64,000 nucleotides of DNA from Candidatus Krumholzibacteriia bacterium (lineage in GTDB: Bacteria; Krumholzibacteriota; Krumholzibacteriia; Krumholzibacteriales; Krumholzibacteriaceae), in assembly GCA_963836185.1 (NCBI GenBank), contig CAWIIQ010000001.1, forward strand, positions 832,001-896,000. The letters run 5' to 3'. The stretch's first letter is position 1; every line of letters begins with the position of its first letter. The translations under genes and the position numbers were made by a program. Below, in pieces: positions 1-10,839 of this stretch. The notes under the pieces were generated by a model that worked only from the letters and a program-made list of their open reading frames with translations, did not search any database and had not been told where the DNA came from.

Positions 1-33
1 ATGATGAAGAGGCACCGCTACGAGTAGGGACGT

Positions 34-1221
34 ATGAACCGGGAGATACTTCACATAAACACAGATGATTTCTACGCCTCCGCGCTGAGGCTGAGGGATC
101 CCGCGCTTCGTTCGAAGGCGGTCGTCGTCGCCGGGCCTGCCCCCCGGGGGATGGTGATATCCGCCTCATACGAAGCGCGGGCCGATGGGGTGCGCCGCGG
201 TATGACCGTCTCGTCCGCGATGCGCCTCTGCCCGGGCGGCGTCTTCATGTCTCCCGACTGGGAGCTTTTCCGCTCCGTCTCAAGCTCGATCTTCTCGGTG
301 ATAGGAAAATACAGCCCCCTCGTCGAGTCGGTATCCCTCGACGAGGGGTATGCCGACTACACCGGATGCGACCGGCTCTTCGGGCACGCGCTCGACGCGG
401 GCAAGGCGATAAAACGAGAGGTGCGTACCGAGACGGGCCTCGACGTATCGCTCGGGATCGCATCGAGCAAGCTCGTCAGCCATGTCGCCTCTCGCGAGGC
501 GAAGCGGGCGCACATGGTCGATGTCTATCCCGGGTGCGAGCGGTACTTTCTGTCGCCGGTGCCTATCGAGCGTTTTCCGATAGTAAGCGAGCGGCACGTC
601 CCCATACTGCGTGAACTTGGTATAGCAAACGTCGGGGACGTGCTGCGTTTCGACGAAAAGCTGCTCGTCTTCTGCTTCGGGTCGTGGGGGAGAAAGCTCC
701 ATCTCGGCGCGAAGGGGATGGACGCCGCGAGGGTGCGGGCCGGGGCTGTGGGCGACGGGGAGTTTACAGTAAAGAAGGTGCTCGAGCCCGACGCCGTCGA
801 CCGCCGTCTTCTCGAATCGTATATCTACGTACTCGCCGAGGAACTCGGGGGGAAACTGCGGACCGAGCGCTCGCTCGCGAGGTCGCTGCGCCTCGAGCTG
901 CGTTACGCCGACGAGGTTGTCGCGCACGGGCAGATGAGGCCGGCGGCGCCTACATCGGACGACGCGATCCTCTTCGACTCCGCCGGCATGCTCTTCGACC
1001 GTCTCTTCGGGCGAAGGGTCAGGCTGCGGGGTGTGAGCCTCACGGCCCTGTCGGTGGAACCGGAGCCTCTGCAGCTCGATCTCTTTCCCGGACCGCGGGA
1101 GCGGACCGCGATGAAGGCGCGCCGGGTGCAGACGGCTCTCGACAGTCTCAGGGCCGCGATGCCTTCGGGCGTGGCGCCGTCGTTCGGCAGGGCGCTTGCC
1201 GCGAGACGCGCCGCTTCATAG
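34..1221 (+). CDS. dinB: Y-family DNA polymerase, DinB/Pol IV-like, with a degenerate active site (ImuB-like)
   Basis: ILHINTDDFYAS (DinB HxDMDxFYAS-like), SASYEAR..GV..GM, SLDEGY, C-terminal little-finger region and QLDLF beta-clamp motif; lies next to dnaE2. Confidence 0.88.
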   Translation: MNREILHINTDDFYASALRLRDPALRSKAVVVAGPAPRGMVISASYEARADGVRRGMTVSSAMRLCPGGVFMSPDWELFRSVSSSIFSVIGKYSPLVESVSLDEGYADYTGCDRLFGHALDAGKAIKREVRTETGLDVSLGIASSKLVSHVASREAKRAHMVDVYPGCERYFLSPVPIERFPIVSERHVPILRELGIANVGDVLRFDEKLLVFCFGSWGRKLHLGAKGMDAARVRAGAVGDGEFTVKKVLEPDAVDRRLLESYIYVLAEELGGKLRTERSLARSLRLELRYADEVVAHGQMRPAAPTSDDAILFDSAGMLFDRLFGRRVRLRGVSLTALSVEPEPLQLDLFPGPRERTAMKARRVQTALDSLRAAMPSGVAPSFGRALAARRAAS

Positions 1222-1274
1222 GGATTCACGTAAATAGAGGAAAGGAACGCCGTGATGACCGCGTGCGGGTACGG

Positions 1275-1802
1275 TTACCACTTCACCTTGATGATGACTA
1301 CGGATACGGCCATGGTCGCCAGCGCCACACCGCCGATGGCCGCGTGTGTGGAGTTGACGTCATCGTCGTCTTCGCCTTCGTCGTCATCTTCGCCGCCCGT
1401 TCCGGCAAGGACGCAGGCGGTGATAAACCCCACTGCCGCGAGCCCGCCGAGGATCGCGTGCCCGTCGAGGCGCGAGATGCCGTCGCTCAGATCGACGGTC
1501 CGGCGGTACTTGATCACCCCGGTCGTGAGGGCCGCCGTACCGAGTATGGCGGCGCCCCAGGAGGACGCGCAGTGCAGGTCCTCGCTCGAGCTCGATAAGG
1601 CGGCGACAGTTCCGAGGGCGATGGCGCCGTATCCGAGCCACTTGTGGGCCGAGCGCATGTTCACGCTCGATGAGCTGCCCGCGGCCGGGGATACAGGCGT
1701 AGTGAGCGGCGAGTCGTCAGCTGCCGCCGCGGCCGGACACAGGATGAATATGGCGTATGAGCAGAGGATGATCAGAGATAACGGTCTTATGCGGCCTGTC
1801 AA
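1275..1802 (-). CDS. Signal peptide plus 4-TM membrane protein with one His per helix (cytochrome b561-like pattern)
   Basis: In frame with ORF 1275..1871. A TTG at 1802 has AGGAGG 7 nt upstream. Signal-like N-terminus (..ILCPAAAAA-DD), four hydrophobic helices starting HKWLG, HCASS, HAILG, HAAIG. Confidence 0.7.
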   Translation of the reverse strand: MTGRIRPLSLIILCSYAIFILCPAAAAADDSPLTTPVSPAAGSSSSVNMRSAHKWLGYGAIALGTVAALSSSSEDLHCASSWGAAILGTAALTTGVIKYRRTVDLSDGISRLDGHAILGGLAAVGFITACVLAGTGGEDDDEGEDDDDVNSTHAAIGGVALATMAVSVVIIKVKW

Positions 1803-1895
1803 GGCGGCGCCTCCTGTCGGGTTGATTCCCTTCGCTCGAATATACCACGGAATCGCGGCGAGGCGCACCATCTATCGGCGCGGGAAGGAGTCTCC

Positions 1896-4800
1896 GTGAT
1901 CAGGCCCGCCCGGGATACCGGCAGCTTTGCTCACCTGCATGTCCATTCGAACTTCTCGATGCTCGCCGGGACGAGAAGGGTGGAGGATCTAGCCGCGGCT
2001 GCTGTCGCCTGCGGGATGGACTCACTCGCTCTTACCGATACCGATGCGATGCATGCCGTCGTCCCTTTCGCCGAGGCGTGCTCGAAGCTCGGGATCCGGC
2101 CGATCTACGGGGCGCAGCTTACAGGTGAGGACGGGCCGACATTCCTGCGCGCGGTCCTGCTCGCCCGCAATCGCGCGGGGTACTCGGAGATCTCAAAACT
2201 GGTCACCAGGCGCAGGCTCGAGGAGGATTTCGATTTCGGGGAGGCGCTGGCAGGCGTATCGGATAACATCTACGTGCTCGTATCGCACAAGCTGCTGCTC
2301 ACAAGGTTTCGGCACCTGCCCAACCTTCGCGCCGCCCTTCCGGTCGCGTCGGGGATGGAGCGTGACCGCGAACGCTGGAAGATCGCCGACGCGGCGCAAA
2401 AACTCGGGGTCGAGACGGTAGCCGCCGGGGGGATCTGGTTTCTCGAAGAGAAGGAGCACCTGATCCACCGGGTCCTTACAGCCATCCGGACACGCACTAC
2501 TGTCGGGACCCTGCCCCGCGGGGAGGCGGCGCCGCGCGACGCGTTCTTTCGTACGCCGGAGAGTGTGATGAGGGTCTTCGAGGGGAACAGGGGGCCGGTC
2601 GCGGAGGCGGCACGTATCGCGGCCGACTGCCGCGTCGATCTCGACCTCGGCCGCCGCAGGCTCCCCCGATTTCTGCTTCCGCCGGGAGAGGAGGCCCCGG
2701 CGGCGCTTCGGCGCATAGCTCTTCGAGGTCTGCGCGAGAGGATGGGTGACGGTTGCCCGCAGGGCGAGAAGCGGGCGGCGATGGAGAAGATCGATCATGA
2801 GCTCTCCGTCATCGAGGACAAGGGACTGGCGGGGTACTTTCTCATATGCTGGGACATCGTACGGTTTGCCCGCTCACGCGGGATCCGCACCCTCGGGCGC
2901 GGGTCCGCGGGCAATTCGCTCGTCTCGTACGCCCTCGGCATCACCCATTTCAATCCGCTCCGCCACAACATGTTCTTCGAGCGGTTTCTCAATCCGGAGC
3001 GGGAGCACCTTCCCGATTTCGACCTCGATTTCGGGACCGACGACCGCGAGATCATCCTCAAGTACATATTTCGTCGTTACGGGAAGGACCATGTCGCGAT
3101 GATCGGCACCTTCAGCACCCTTCGCGCGCGCTCGGCGCTTCGAGAGACGGCGAAGGCGCTTGGGGTACCGGAGGGAGAGATACGGCAGTTCATAAGGGCG
3201 ATCCCCTTCTACGCCTCGATAGACAGGCTCGATCATCTCGCCAGGGTATCGCCGCGGGCGGAGGGACTGCCTGTCGACAAGGAACCTTTCCGGACACTTA
3301 TCGCGATAGCCCGCAGGATCGGCGGTTTTCCGCGCCACATGGCGACTCATCCATGCGGGCTCGTCGTATCGCCAGAGCCGATCACAGGGATGATTCCGAT
3401 GCAGCGCGGCGACAAGGGGTACGAGATAACGCAGTGGTCGATGTACGAGGTCGAGGAGGCGGGGCTCGTGAAGATCGACATCATCGGGCAGAAGGGTCTC
3501 GCCGTGATCGGCGAGGCGTGCGCGATGGCCGGGGAGAACGAGGGGAGGCCGCTTCATCCCGAGCGGATCGACTATCTCGGCGACGAGAAGACGAAGAAGC
3601 TGCTGCGGACGGGGAGGACAGAGGGGTGCTTCTACATCGAGTCGCCGATCATGATGCAGCTTATGAGCCAGGCGAGGTGCGACGACTTCGAGGTGCTAAC
3701 CGCGCTCTCTTCGATAATCCGGCCCGGTGTCTCGAGCCATGGCGGGAAACGCAGCTACCTGCACCGCGCCCTCGGGCTCGAGGAGGTACCTGCCATGCAC
3801 CCGGCCGTCGCCGACGTGCTGCGCGAGACATACGGCTGCCTCATATACCAGGAACAGGTGATACGGCTCGCCGTCGCGATCGCCGGGATGAGCTACGGCG
3901 AGGCCGACGGGCTGCGGCGCTGCATGTCGTTTAAGAATATCGACGGGGAGACGATGGAGAGCTACCGCGAGGCATTCCTGCAAGGGGCGAGGGGGCGCGG
4001 GATCCCCGATGAGACCGCTGAGGATGTATTCCGGAAGATCGCGGCCTTTGCCGGCTACGCCTTCTGCAAGGCGCACTCGGCATCATTCGCCCTCGAATCG
4101 TTCGAGAGCGCCTGGTGGAAGACGCATTACCCCGCCGAGTTCATGGCGGCGGTCCTCTCCAACGGCGGGGGATATTACGGGTACGAGGAATACCTCGAGG
4201 AGGCGCGGCGGATGGGACTCGAGCTCCTGCCGCCCTGCGTCAATGAAAGCGGGGTGCGCCATCACGGCCGCGGGCGGCAGCTGCGCGTCGGGCTGATGCA
4301 GGTCAAGGGGTTGGCCTCGGCGACGATAGAGATGATCGTCGAGGAGCGGCCCTTTTCCTCACTGTCTGATTTTATCGAGAGGGTGCCCTCCTCGCAGAGG
4401 GAGATAGAGTCGCTCGTAAGGTGCGGGGCGTTCGCCTGCTTCGGGCGTACGAGGCCCGAGCTGATGTGGGAGCTTCGCGTGATGAAAGCAGCGGACGAGG
4501 AGACTGAGAGCGATGTCCCGTTGATTCTCGGCCTTGTCCCCGAGATCCCCGACTTCGATCTTCGCCGCAAACTCGAGGCGGAGCGTGAGACGCTCGACAT
4601 GTGCGTCGCGGCCCATCCACTCACGATGTTCGAGAAAGCGCTCGGCGATCTTGCCGCCCGGGTGGACCTGACCAGTTCGGTGGACCTGCACGACTACGAC
4701 GGGAGCGAGGTCGACCTGGTCGGATGGAGGGTGACGGCTAAGGCGACGCGCACGAGCGATCGTGGGGAGGAGATGATCTTCGTGACCTTCTCCGACCGTT

Positions 4801-4967
4801 CAGGACGATTCGAGGCTATTTTCTTCCCGAAGGTCTATCGGCGCGTCGCCCGCGAGCTTTTCCGGGCCCGCGGCCCCTACCATATCCGCGGGCGGGTCGA
4901 CAGCGACCTCGGAGCGGTGAGTGTCATCGCGGAAGAAGCGGAGTTGCTCGCGCATGAGGATGGATGA
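1896..4967 (+). CDS. dnaE2: DNA polymerase III alpha subunit, error-prone DnaE2 type
   Basis: PHP domain HLHVHSNFS, GRGSAGNS, catalytic PDFDLDF, ETYGCLIYQEQV, GYAFCKAHS, C-terminal OB fold; 1023 aa, adjacent to the DinB-like gene. Confidence 0.92.
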   Translation: MIRPARDTGSFAHLHVHSNFSMLAGTRRVEDLAAAAVACGMDSLALTDTDAMHAVVPFAEACSKLGIRPIYGAQLTGEDGPTFLRAVLLARNRAGYSEISKLVTRRRLEEDFDFGEALAGVSDNIYVLVSHKLLLTRFRHLPNLRAALPVASGMERDRERWKIADAAQKLGVETVAAGGIWFLEEKEHLIHRVLTAIRTRTTVGTLPRGEAAPRDAFFRTPESVMRVFEGNRGPVAEAARIAADCRVDLDLGRRRLPRFLLPPGEEAPAALRRIALRGLRERMGDGCPQGEKRAAMEKIDHELSVIEDKGLAGYFLICWDIVRFARSRGIRTLGRGSAGNSLVSYALGITHFNPLRHNMFFERFLNPEREHLPDFDLDFGTDDREIILKYIFRRYGKDHVAMIGTFSTLRARSALRETAKALGVPEGEIRQFIRAIPFYASIDRLDHLARVSPRAEGLPVDKEPFRTLIAIARRIGGFPRHMATHPCGLVVSPEPITGMIPMQRGDKGYEITQWSMYEVEEAGLVKIDIIGQKGLAVIGEACAMAGENEGRPLHPERIDYLGDEKTKKLLRTGRTEGCFYIESPIMMQLMSQARCDDFEVLTALSSIIRPGVSSHGGKRSYLHRALGLEEVPAMHPAVADVLRETYGCLIYQEQVIRLAVAIAGMSYGEADGLRRCMSFKNIDGETMESYREAFLQGARGRGIPDETAEDVFRKIAAFAGYAFCKAHSASFALESFESAWWKTHYPAEFMAAVLSNGGGYYGYEEYLEEARRMGLELLPPCVNESGVRHHGRGRQLRVGLMQVKGLASATIEMIVEERPFSSLSDFIERVPSSQREIESLVRCGAFACFGRTRPELMWELRVMKAADEETESDVPLILGLVPEIPDFDLRRKLEAERETLDMCVAAHPLTMFEKALGDLAARVDLTSSVDLHDYDGSEVDLVGWRVTAKATRTSDRGEEMIFVTFSDRSGRFEAIFFPKVYRRVARELFRARGPYHIRGRVDSDLGAVSVIAEEAELLAHEDG

Positions 4968-5018
4968 AAGCGCTTTACATCAGGGGTTATACTGATTACA
5001 CTTCCCCGGATCTCAGTT

Positions 5019-5034
5019 TGTGAAGTTTGTCGCA
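5019..5034. promoter_or_regulatory. Possible CRP/FNR-family site upstream of the glycan operon
   Basis: TGTGA-N6-TCGCA, one mismatch to TGTGA-N6-TCACA, in the intergenic region ~105 nt before the next start. Confidence 0.25.
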
Positions 5035-5139
5035 TTTCGCCGATAACTGGCTGATTGCCTTATATTTAGGCGTGAATCTTGCATCATAATCTCCTTAATT
5101 CTGCACTTAAATCATTGAGATAGCTGGAATTGACGCGCA

Positions 5140-6159
5140 ATGAAGAGAATCTGGATAGACTTGGACAACTCTCCCCACGTTCCCCTGTTCCGTCCGGTGA
5201 TCGAGGAACTGGGCAGACGGGGCGTCGAGTGTGTGATAACGGCGAGGGATTTTGCCCAGACGGCGCGCCTTCTTGAATTCTGGGGAATTCCACACACGGT
5301 GATCGGAAAACATGGGGGAAAAAACAAGGTCGGGAAGGTCGTCAACCTCTTTGAGCGGTCCGGGCAGCTAAGAAAGTATATCAGGGGCAGGTCGGTAGAT
5401 CTCGCCCTGAGTCACGGGTCAAGGACACAGCTTGTCGCCGCGAAGCTCATGGGAATAGAGTCGATCCTGATGATGGATTACGAGTATACCGAAGCGACGA
5501 TATTCAAGCTCTTCTCGAACCACATCCTCATCCCTGAATATATCCCCGATTCGAGGCTCAGATCGGTGAAGATCGACCTGAAGAAGGTGGTCAGGTATCC
5601 GGGGTTCAAGGAACAGCTGTATCTGAACGATTTTATCCCGGAACCCGGGTTCAAGAGCCAGCTGGGAATCGGAGACGAGAAGCTCCTCGTTACCATAAGG
5701 CCCCCCGCGATGGAAGGGAACTACCACGATTCGATGAGCGAGAAGATCCTGATCGAGATACTCGAGAGGCTGACAGCCGTCGATAACGCATATCCCCTGA
5801 TAGTCGGCAGGACGCAAAAGGACAAGGATTTTCTCGAGGAGAATTTTGACGGGAAGATCCATTTTCTCGAAAGAGCTGTCGACGGTCTCCAGTTGATATG
5901 GAGCTCCGATATCTTCATCAGCGGCGGTGGCAGCATGAATCGCGAGGCCGCTCTTCTCGGCGTACCCACCTACAGCATTTTCACGGGCAGGAAACCTTAC
6001 CTCGACGAGTATCTCTCCGGGAAGGGGAAATTGACTTTTATCGACACCATGGAAAAGGTCGACCTTCTTGAAATCAGGAAAAGGGTCATTCTCGGAGGTT
6101 TCACGGGCGGGAACGCCGGGCTGGTGGACAAGGTAGTCGATATAATCCTATCCATCTGA
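5140..6159 (+). CDS. DUF354 family protein (GT-B fold, putative glycosyltransferase)
   Basis: KRIWIDLDNSPHV, TARDFAQT, IGKHGG, GGGSMNREAALLGVP. Confidence 0.85.
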   Translation: MKRIWIDLDNSPHVPLFRPVIEELGRRGVECVITARDFAQTARLLEFWGIPHTVIGKHGGKNKVGKVVNLFERSGQLRKYIRGRSVDLALSHGSRTQLVAAKLMGIESILMMDYEYTEATIFKLFSNHILIPEYIPDSRLRSVKIDLKKVVRYPGFKEQLYLNDFIPEPGFKSQLGIGDEKLLVTIRPPAMEGNYHDSMSEKILIEILERLTAVDNAYPLIVGRTQKDKDFLEENFDGKIHFLERAVDGLQLIWSSDIFISGGGSMNREAALLGVPTYSIFTGRKPYLDEYLSGKGKLTFIDTMEKVDLLEIRKRVILGGFTGGNAGLVDKVVDIILSI

Positions 6160-6181
6160 TCCATAGCCGCGGGAATATGAT

Positions 6182-7319
6182 ATGGACCTGAAGCAAGTAA
6201 CCGATGATCACTACGGGGCCTTGAAGCGTGCCGGTTTCAGGGGATTCGACGTTTATGACGGCCTCAGCAGCCGTATTTTCAGGAAGACCCCGTGTTTCAG
6301 GTCGAAAAAGATGCGCCTGGTGTGGATCCAGCTCTTCAAGAGGTCCCCGGTCAATTTTCGCCCATTGGCGATGGTGCCTCGCGGCATGAATCCCAAAGGG
6401 CTCGCGCTTATCATCCGCGGGCTCGTGAATCAGTACAGACATGAAAACGACAAGAAATACCTCGACGACGCGTATCCTACTGGCCGAATCGATAATCTCC
6501 CAGCGAGCGATGGACAGGGAATACTTCTGCATCGGCTATGATTTTTTCTGGGAGGCGCGGGCCTTCTCGGTCCCGGAGTTTACGCCGAACATGATCGTCT
6601 CGTCTTTTGCAGGGCAGGCTTTTCTCGATCTGTACGAGATAGACGGCGACAGCAGAGTGGCTCGGCTATGCTCTCGGCATCGCCGAATTCATCGAGAAGG
6701 AACTGCTGCTCCGCGAGTCGGAAGGCGAGGCCGTCTTCGGGTACATCCCCGGCGAGAAGGCGGTCGTACATAACGTCAACCTTCTGGCCGCCGCATACTT
6801 CGCGAGGCTGTCCATTCATTCCGGTGAAGAAAAGCATAAAAGTTACGCTTCACGTGCCGCTGCGTTTACGGTCAAAGCACAGAGGGCCGACGGAGCCTGG
6901 CCCTACGGCGAGGAGCAGTATCACCGCTGGATCGACAACTTCCATACAGGGTTCAACCTGACGGCTCTCGACACTGTGAGAAAAAGTCTCTCAACCGACA
7001 CATATGACGCGAGCATCGAGCGTGGGCTTGGATATCACTTGAGGAACCATTTCCTCGAAGACATGACACCGAAGTACTACGACACCGGGCTGTACCCGGT
7101 CGATATACATAACTTCGCCCAGGGGATCGATACCTTTGTCACTTTCGTTTTCACGAGAGGGCCAGGAAGCTTCTCGAACGGGCCATGGAAATGATGTGGG
7201 ACGACAGGAAACATTATTTTTACTATCAGAAGAAGAGATGGTACAAGAACAGGATAAACTATCTGCGCTGGAGCCAGGCCTGGATGTTCTACGCCCTGAC
7301 GAGGATTCAGGATAAGTGA
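6182..7319 (+). CDS. (alpha/alpha)-barrel, prenyltransferase-repeat-like protein typical of polysaccharide loci; frameshifted as sequenced
   Basis: Fragments join across indels near 6475, 6655 and 7150: GFDVYDGL, PNMIVSSF, VHNVNL, QRADGAWPYGE..WIDNFHTGFNL, YPVDIH, YLRWSQAWM; the TGA overlaps the next ATG. Confidence 0.7.
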
Positions 7320-8700
7320 TGGAAGCACTGAGCAGAATATACGAGCGTTCGCCGAGATTCTTGAGGAAGCCTGTACGTCAACGTGTTCGGGATGAGGAAC
7401 GTCCCGAGGTTCAGGCGATGGGAGAAGCTGCTCGACAGTATCGAATATACCGAGACGATGGACAGACAGGCCCAGATAGAGTTTGTAGAGAAACAACTGA
7501 AAGAGACGATAAGGCACGCAGTAGAAAAGGTGCCGTTCTATAGGAAATTCGCCTCACTGGCCCCAGAACTCGAAAGTAGAAGTGCCTTCGATGTCCTGAA
7601 GGAATTCCCCGTTATTGACAAGGATGGCGATTATTGGCGATCCGTCAGCCTTCTACGCTGATGATCACGGCGAATATGTCATCTCGAAAACATCAGGCAC
7701 GACAGGCACGCCGCTATCGGTCCGCATGGATCCGTACACATTCATTCTCGGCGACGCACTGTGGTGGAGGCGCACCAGGTGGAACGGTTACGAGGATGGC
7801 GACTGGATAGCGAGGCTCGTCGGCGATCCGATAATACCGCTGCGGATCAGCGCGCCGAAGAAACCATGGATGATCTCGAACTTCGACAGGAGGATCTACC
7901 TGTCGACGTTCCATCTCAGTGCTGATACAGCGGTCAGGATCGGGGAACTGCTGAACAGAAAGAAGCCGGCATATATCATGGGATACCCGTCCTCTCTCGA
8001 GATACTGTGTAATTATCTTGATGAAAGCGGGTATAGGGCCGCGTGGAAACCTAAGAATGTCATCTTTTCCAGTGAACCTATGTACGATCATCAGGACAGG
8101 ATAATACGGAAGGTATTCGGCACGGAGATAAGGGGACTGTACGGGTCGGGCGAGAGGATGGTCTCTGCCGCGCAGTGTCCCCACGGGACCTATCATCTTT
8201 CCCTCGTGGACGGCTTCGTGGAAGGGCAGTTCGGGATCATGGAGAATATAAGGCCGGCCTCGGTGACGGCCCTGACAAACAGGATCATGCCACTGATACG
8301 CTATCAGCTCGGTGATGTCATCGAGATCGAGCAGGACGCAGCCTGCCCCTGCGGCAGGACGCTTCCCGTGATGTCGCCTGTGATCACGAAGGATGAGGAC
8401 TGGATAATAACGCCGACAGGGAGGATGATATCCCCGAGCGCCGTCGTCTGGGCCTTCATTCACCAGGAGATCGACGGGATAACCAGCGGCCAGGTCGTTC
8501 AGCAGGACGCGGAGAATGTGACTGTATACCTCAATACGAGAGAAGAAAATTATTTGAAGTATAAAGATGTACTGCATGAGTCGATGGACAAGGTATTCTT
8601 CAACGAGATGAAAGTCGAGGTCGTCAGGACAGACAGTGTCGACCTTATGGAATCAGGAAAATCGCGATTCATCGTAAACAAACTGAAAAAAAGGAATTGA
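7319..8700 (+). CDS. Phenylacetate-CoA ligase/CapK family adenylate-forming enzyme; frameshifted as sequenced
   Basis: HAVEKVPFYR, KTSGTTGTP, GYPSSL, YGSGE, MPLIRYQLGD, SGKSRFI; indels near 7371 and 7622. Confidence 0.82.
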
Positions 8701-8702
8701 GG

Positions 8703-10827
8703 ATGCTTCAGCTGACACAGAACCTGAAAACCGGAAAGATGGAACTCTCCGAGGTCCCCGTACCTGCGATCGCGAAAGGAAAGGTGCTGGTAAGGAACCA
8801 CTACTCCGTTATCAGCGCCGGCACCGAGGGTGGAAAGGTATCCACCGCGAGGAAGGGTTATGTCGGGATGGCGAAGGAGAAGCCGGCACAGGTCAAACAG
8901 GTCATCGATACATTGAAGAGCGAAGGATTCGCCTCTACCTATCGAAGAGTCATGAACAAGCTCGACGCGCTTTCCCCGCTCGGATATTCGGCGGCCGGCG
9001 TCGTTATGGAAGTCGGCGAGGGCGTGACAAGATTGAGGGTGGGCGACAGGGTTGCCATGGGAGGCGAAGGGGCGGCGCACGCGGAAGTCGGTTCTGTGAC
9101 CGAAAACCTCACCGTCAAGGTACCGGACGATGTCGACCTCAGGTACGCCGCGTACAGCACCGTCGCCTCGATCGCGATGCAGGGTGTCAGGCAGGCAGGC
9201 CTTTCACTAGGCGAAAGCTGTGTCGTCATCGGCCTGGGCCTGCTCGGTCAGCTGACCGTCCAGATGTTGAAAGCCGCCGGCGTGAAGGTGGCCGGAATAG
9301 ACATAGATCCCGCCGTGGTCGAGCTATCCCTGAGATCGGGAGCCGATCTCGCCTTCACCAGGGGCTCGGGCGAGGAAGAGAAAGCGATTATCGATTTCGC
9401 CGGAGGGTACGGCGTAGACGCGGTGATCATCACCGCCGGTACGTCGAGTCTCGACCCCGTCGAACTCGCTGGTAAACTCTGCCGCCGGAAGGGAAAGGTC
9501 GTCATAGTCGGCGCCGTCCCGACCGGGTTCAGCAGGGAGAACTATTACAAGAAGGAGCTCGAGCTGAGGATGGCCACTTCATACGGCCCGGGCCGGTACG
9601 ATCCCGAGTACGAGGAGAAGGGGCTCGACTACCCGATCGCTTATGTCCGATGGACAGAGAACCGGAACATGGGGGCATTTCTCCAGCTGCTTTCAGACGG
9701 CAGCCTCGACCTCTCTTTCCTGACTACGCACGAGTTTAAATTCGCGAACGCTTCCGAAGCGTACGAGATGATCCTGCAGCATTCCGAACAACATGTCGGG
9801 ATAGTCCTCAAATACGATACGGAAAGCGCAGTGGCGGCTTCAATAGATGCCACTACCACGGTGGCGCCCGCGGGCAGCAGGCTGAAGGTGTCATTCATCG
9901 GTGCAGGATCATTCGCCCAGAATCTGCTTCTGCCGAATATCGGCAAGGCCGAGATGATCACCGTAGCGACGAGCCAGGGACATACGGCGAAGAATGTAGC
10001 GCAGAAGTGGGATTTCAGGAAAGCGACATGCGACGTATCCGAAGTCTTCGGAGACGATTCCAATGTCGTCTTTATCGCGACGAGACACGATTCACACGCC
10101 GGGTATGTGATGGAATCTCTTAGAGCAGGCAAGAATGTCTTCGTCGAGAAACCACTCTGCCTCACTGAAGACGAGCTTGAGGAGATAGCCGGGATATACA
10201 GGGATGCGGGTGGTCCCAGGTTGATGGTCGGATTTAACCGGCGTTTCGCTCCGCAGATCCGGACCGTGAAGAAAGAGTTCAGCGACAAGCTTCCCAAGTC
10301 GATCAACTACCGGGTCAACGCGGGAGCCATCCCGGCGGACCACTGGATCCAGGACAAGGATGTGGGAGGCGGCAGGATAATTGGCGAGGTATGCCACTTT
10401 GTGGACCTGGCGATGTTCCTCGCAGGTTCGCTTCCGAAGTCCTTATCCGCCAGCGCGATGGAAGACCCATCCGGTCTTCTCGATACGCTGAATGTGAATA
10501 TTCTGTTCAGGGACGGCTCGATCGCAAACGTATCATACTTTGCCAACGGTTCGAAGGCGATGAAGAAGGAAAGGATCGAGATATTCTCGTCGGGCAAGGC
10601 CGCGGTCGTCGATGACTTCTCGAAGCTCGATCTATTCAGGAGCAGGAAATCGTCGAAATCGGGGATGAGCCAGGACAAGGGTCACGCGCGGGAAGTAAAG
10701 GAATTCCTCGACTCGAGTCAGGGACGGACAGCCCGCTCCCATCTCGTTCGAGGAGATATATTTTTCGACAAAGATGAGTTTTGACATCATCAGGTCGATC
10801 ACCAGCGGCGAGACGATACACTATTGA
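8703..10827 (+). CDS. Bi-domain oxidoreductase (MDR/Zn-ADH-like plus Gfo/Idh/MocA); frameshift near the 3' end
   Basis: SVISAGTE, LGYSAAG, GLGLLGQ, SYGPGRYD, GAGSFA, VFVEKPLC, VGFNRRF, GGRIIGEVCHF; the C-terminus continues in another frame after ~10718 to a TGA at 10827. Confidence 0.88.
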
Positions 10828-10839
10828 TCGGCTGAAAAG

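Noticed and set aside
1-33. 3' end of an upstream gene, possibly lexA or imuA
   Set aside because: Too short to identify.
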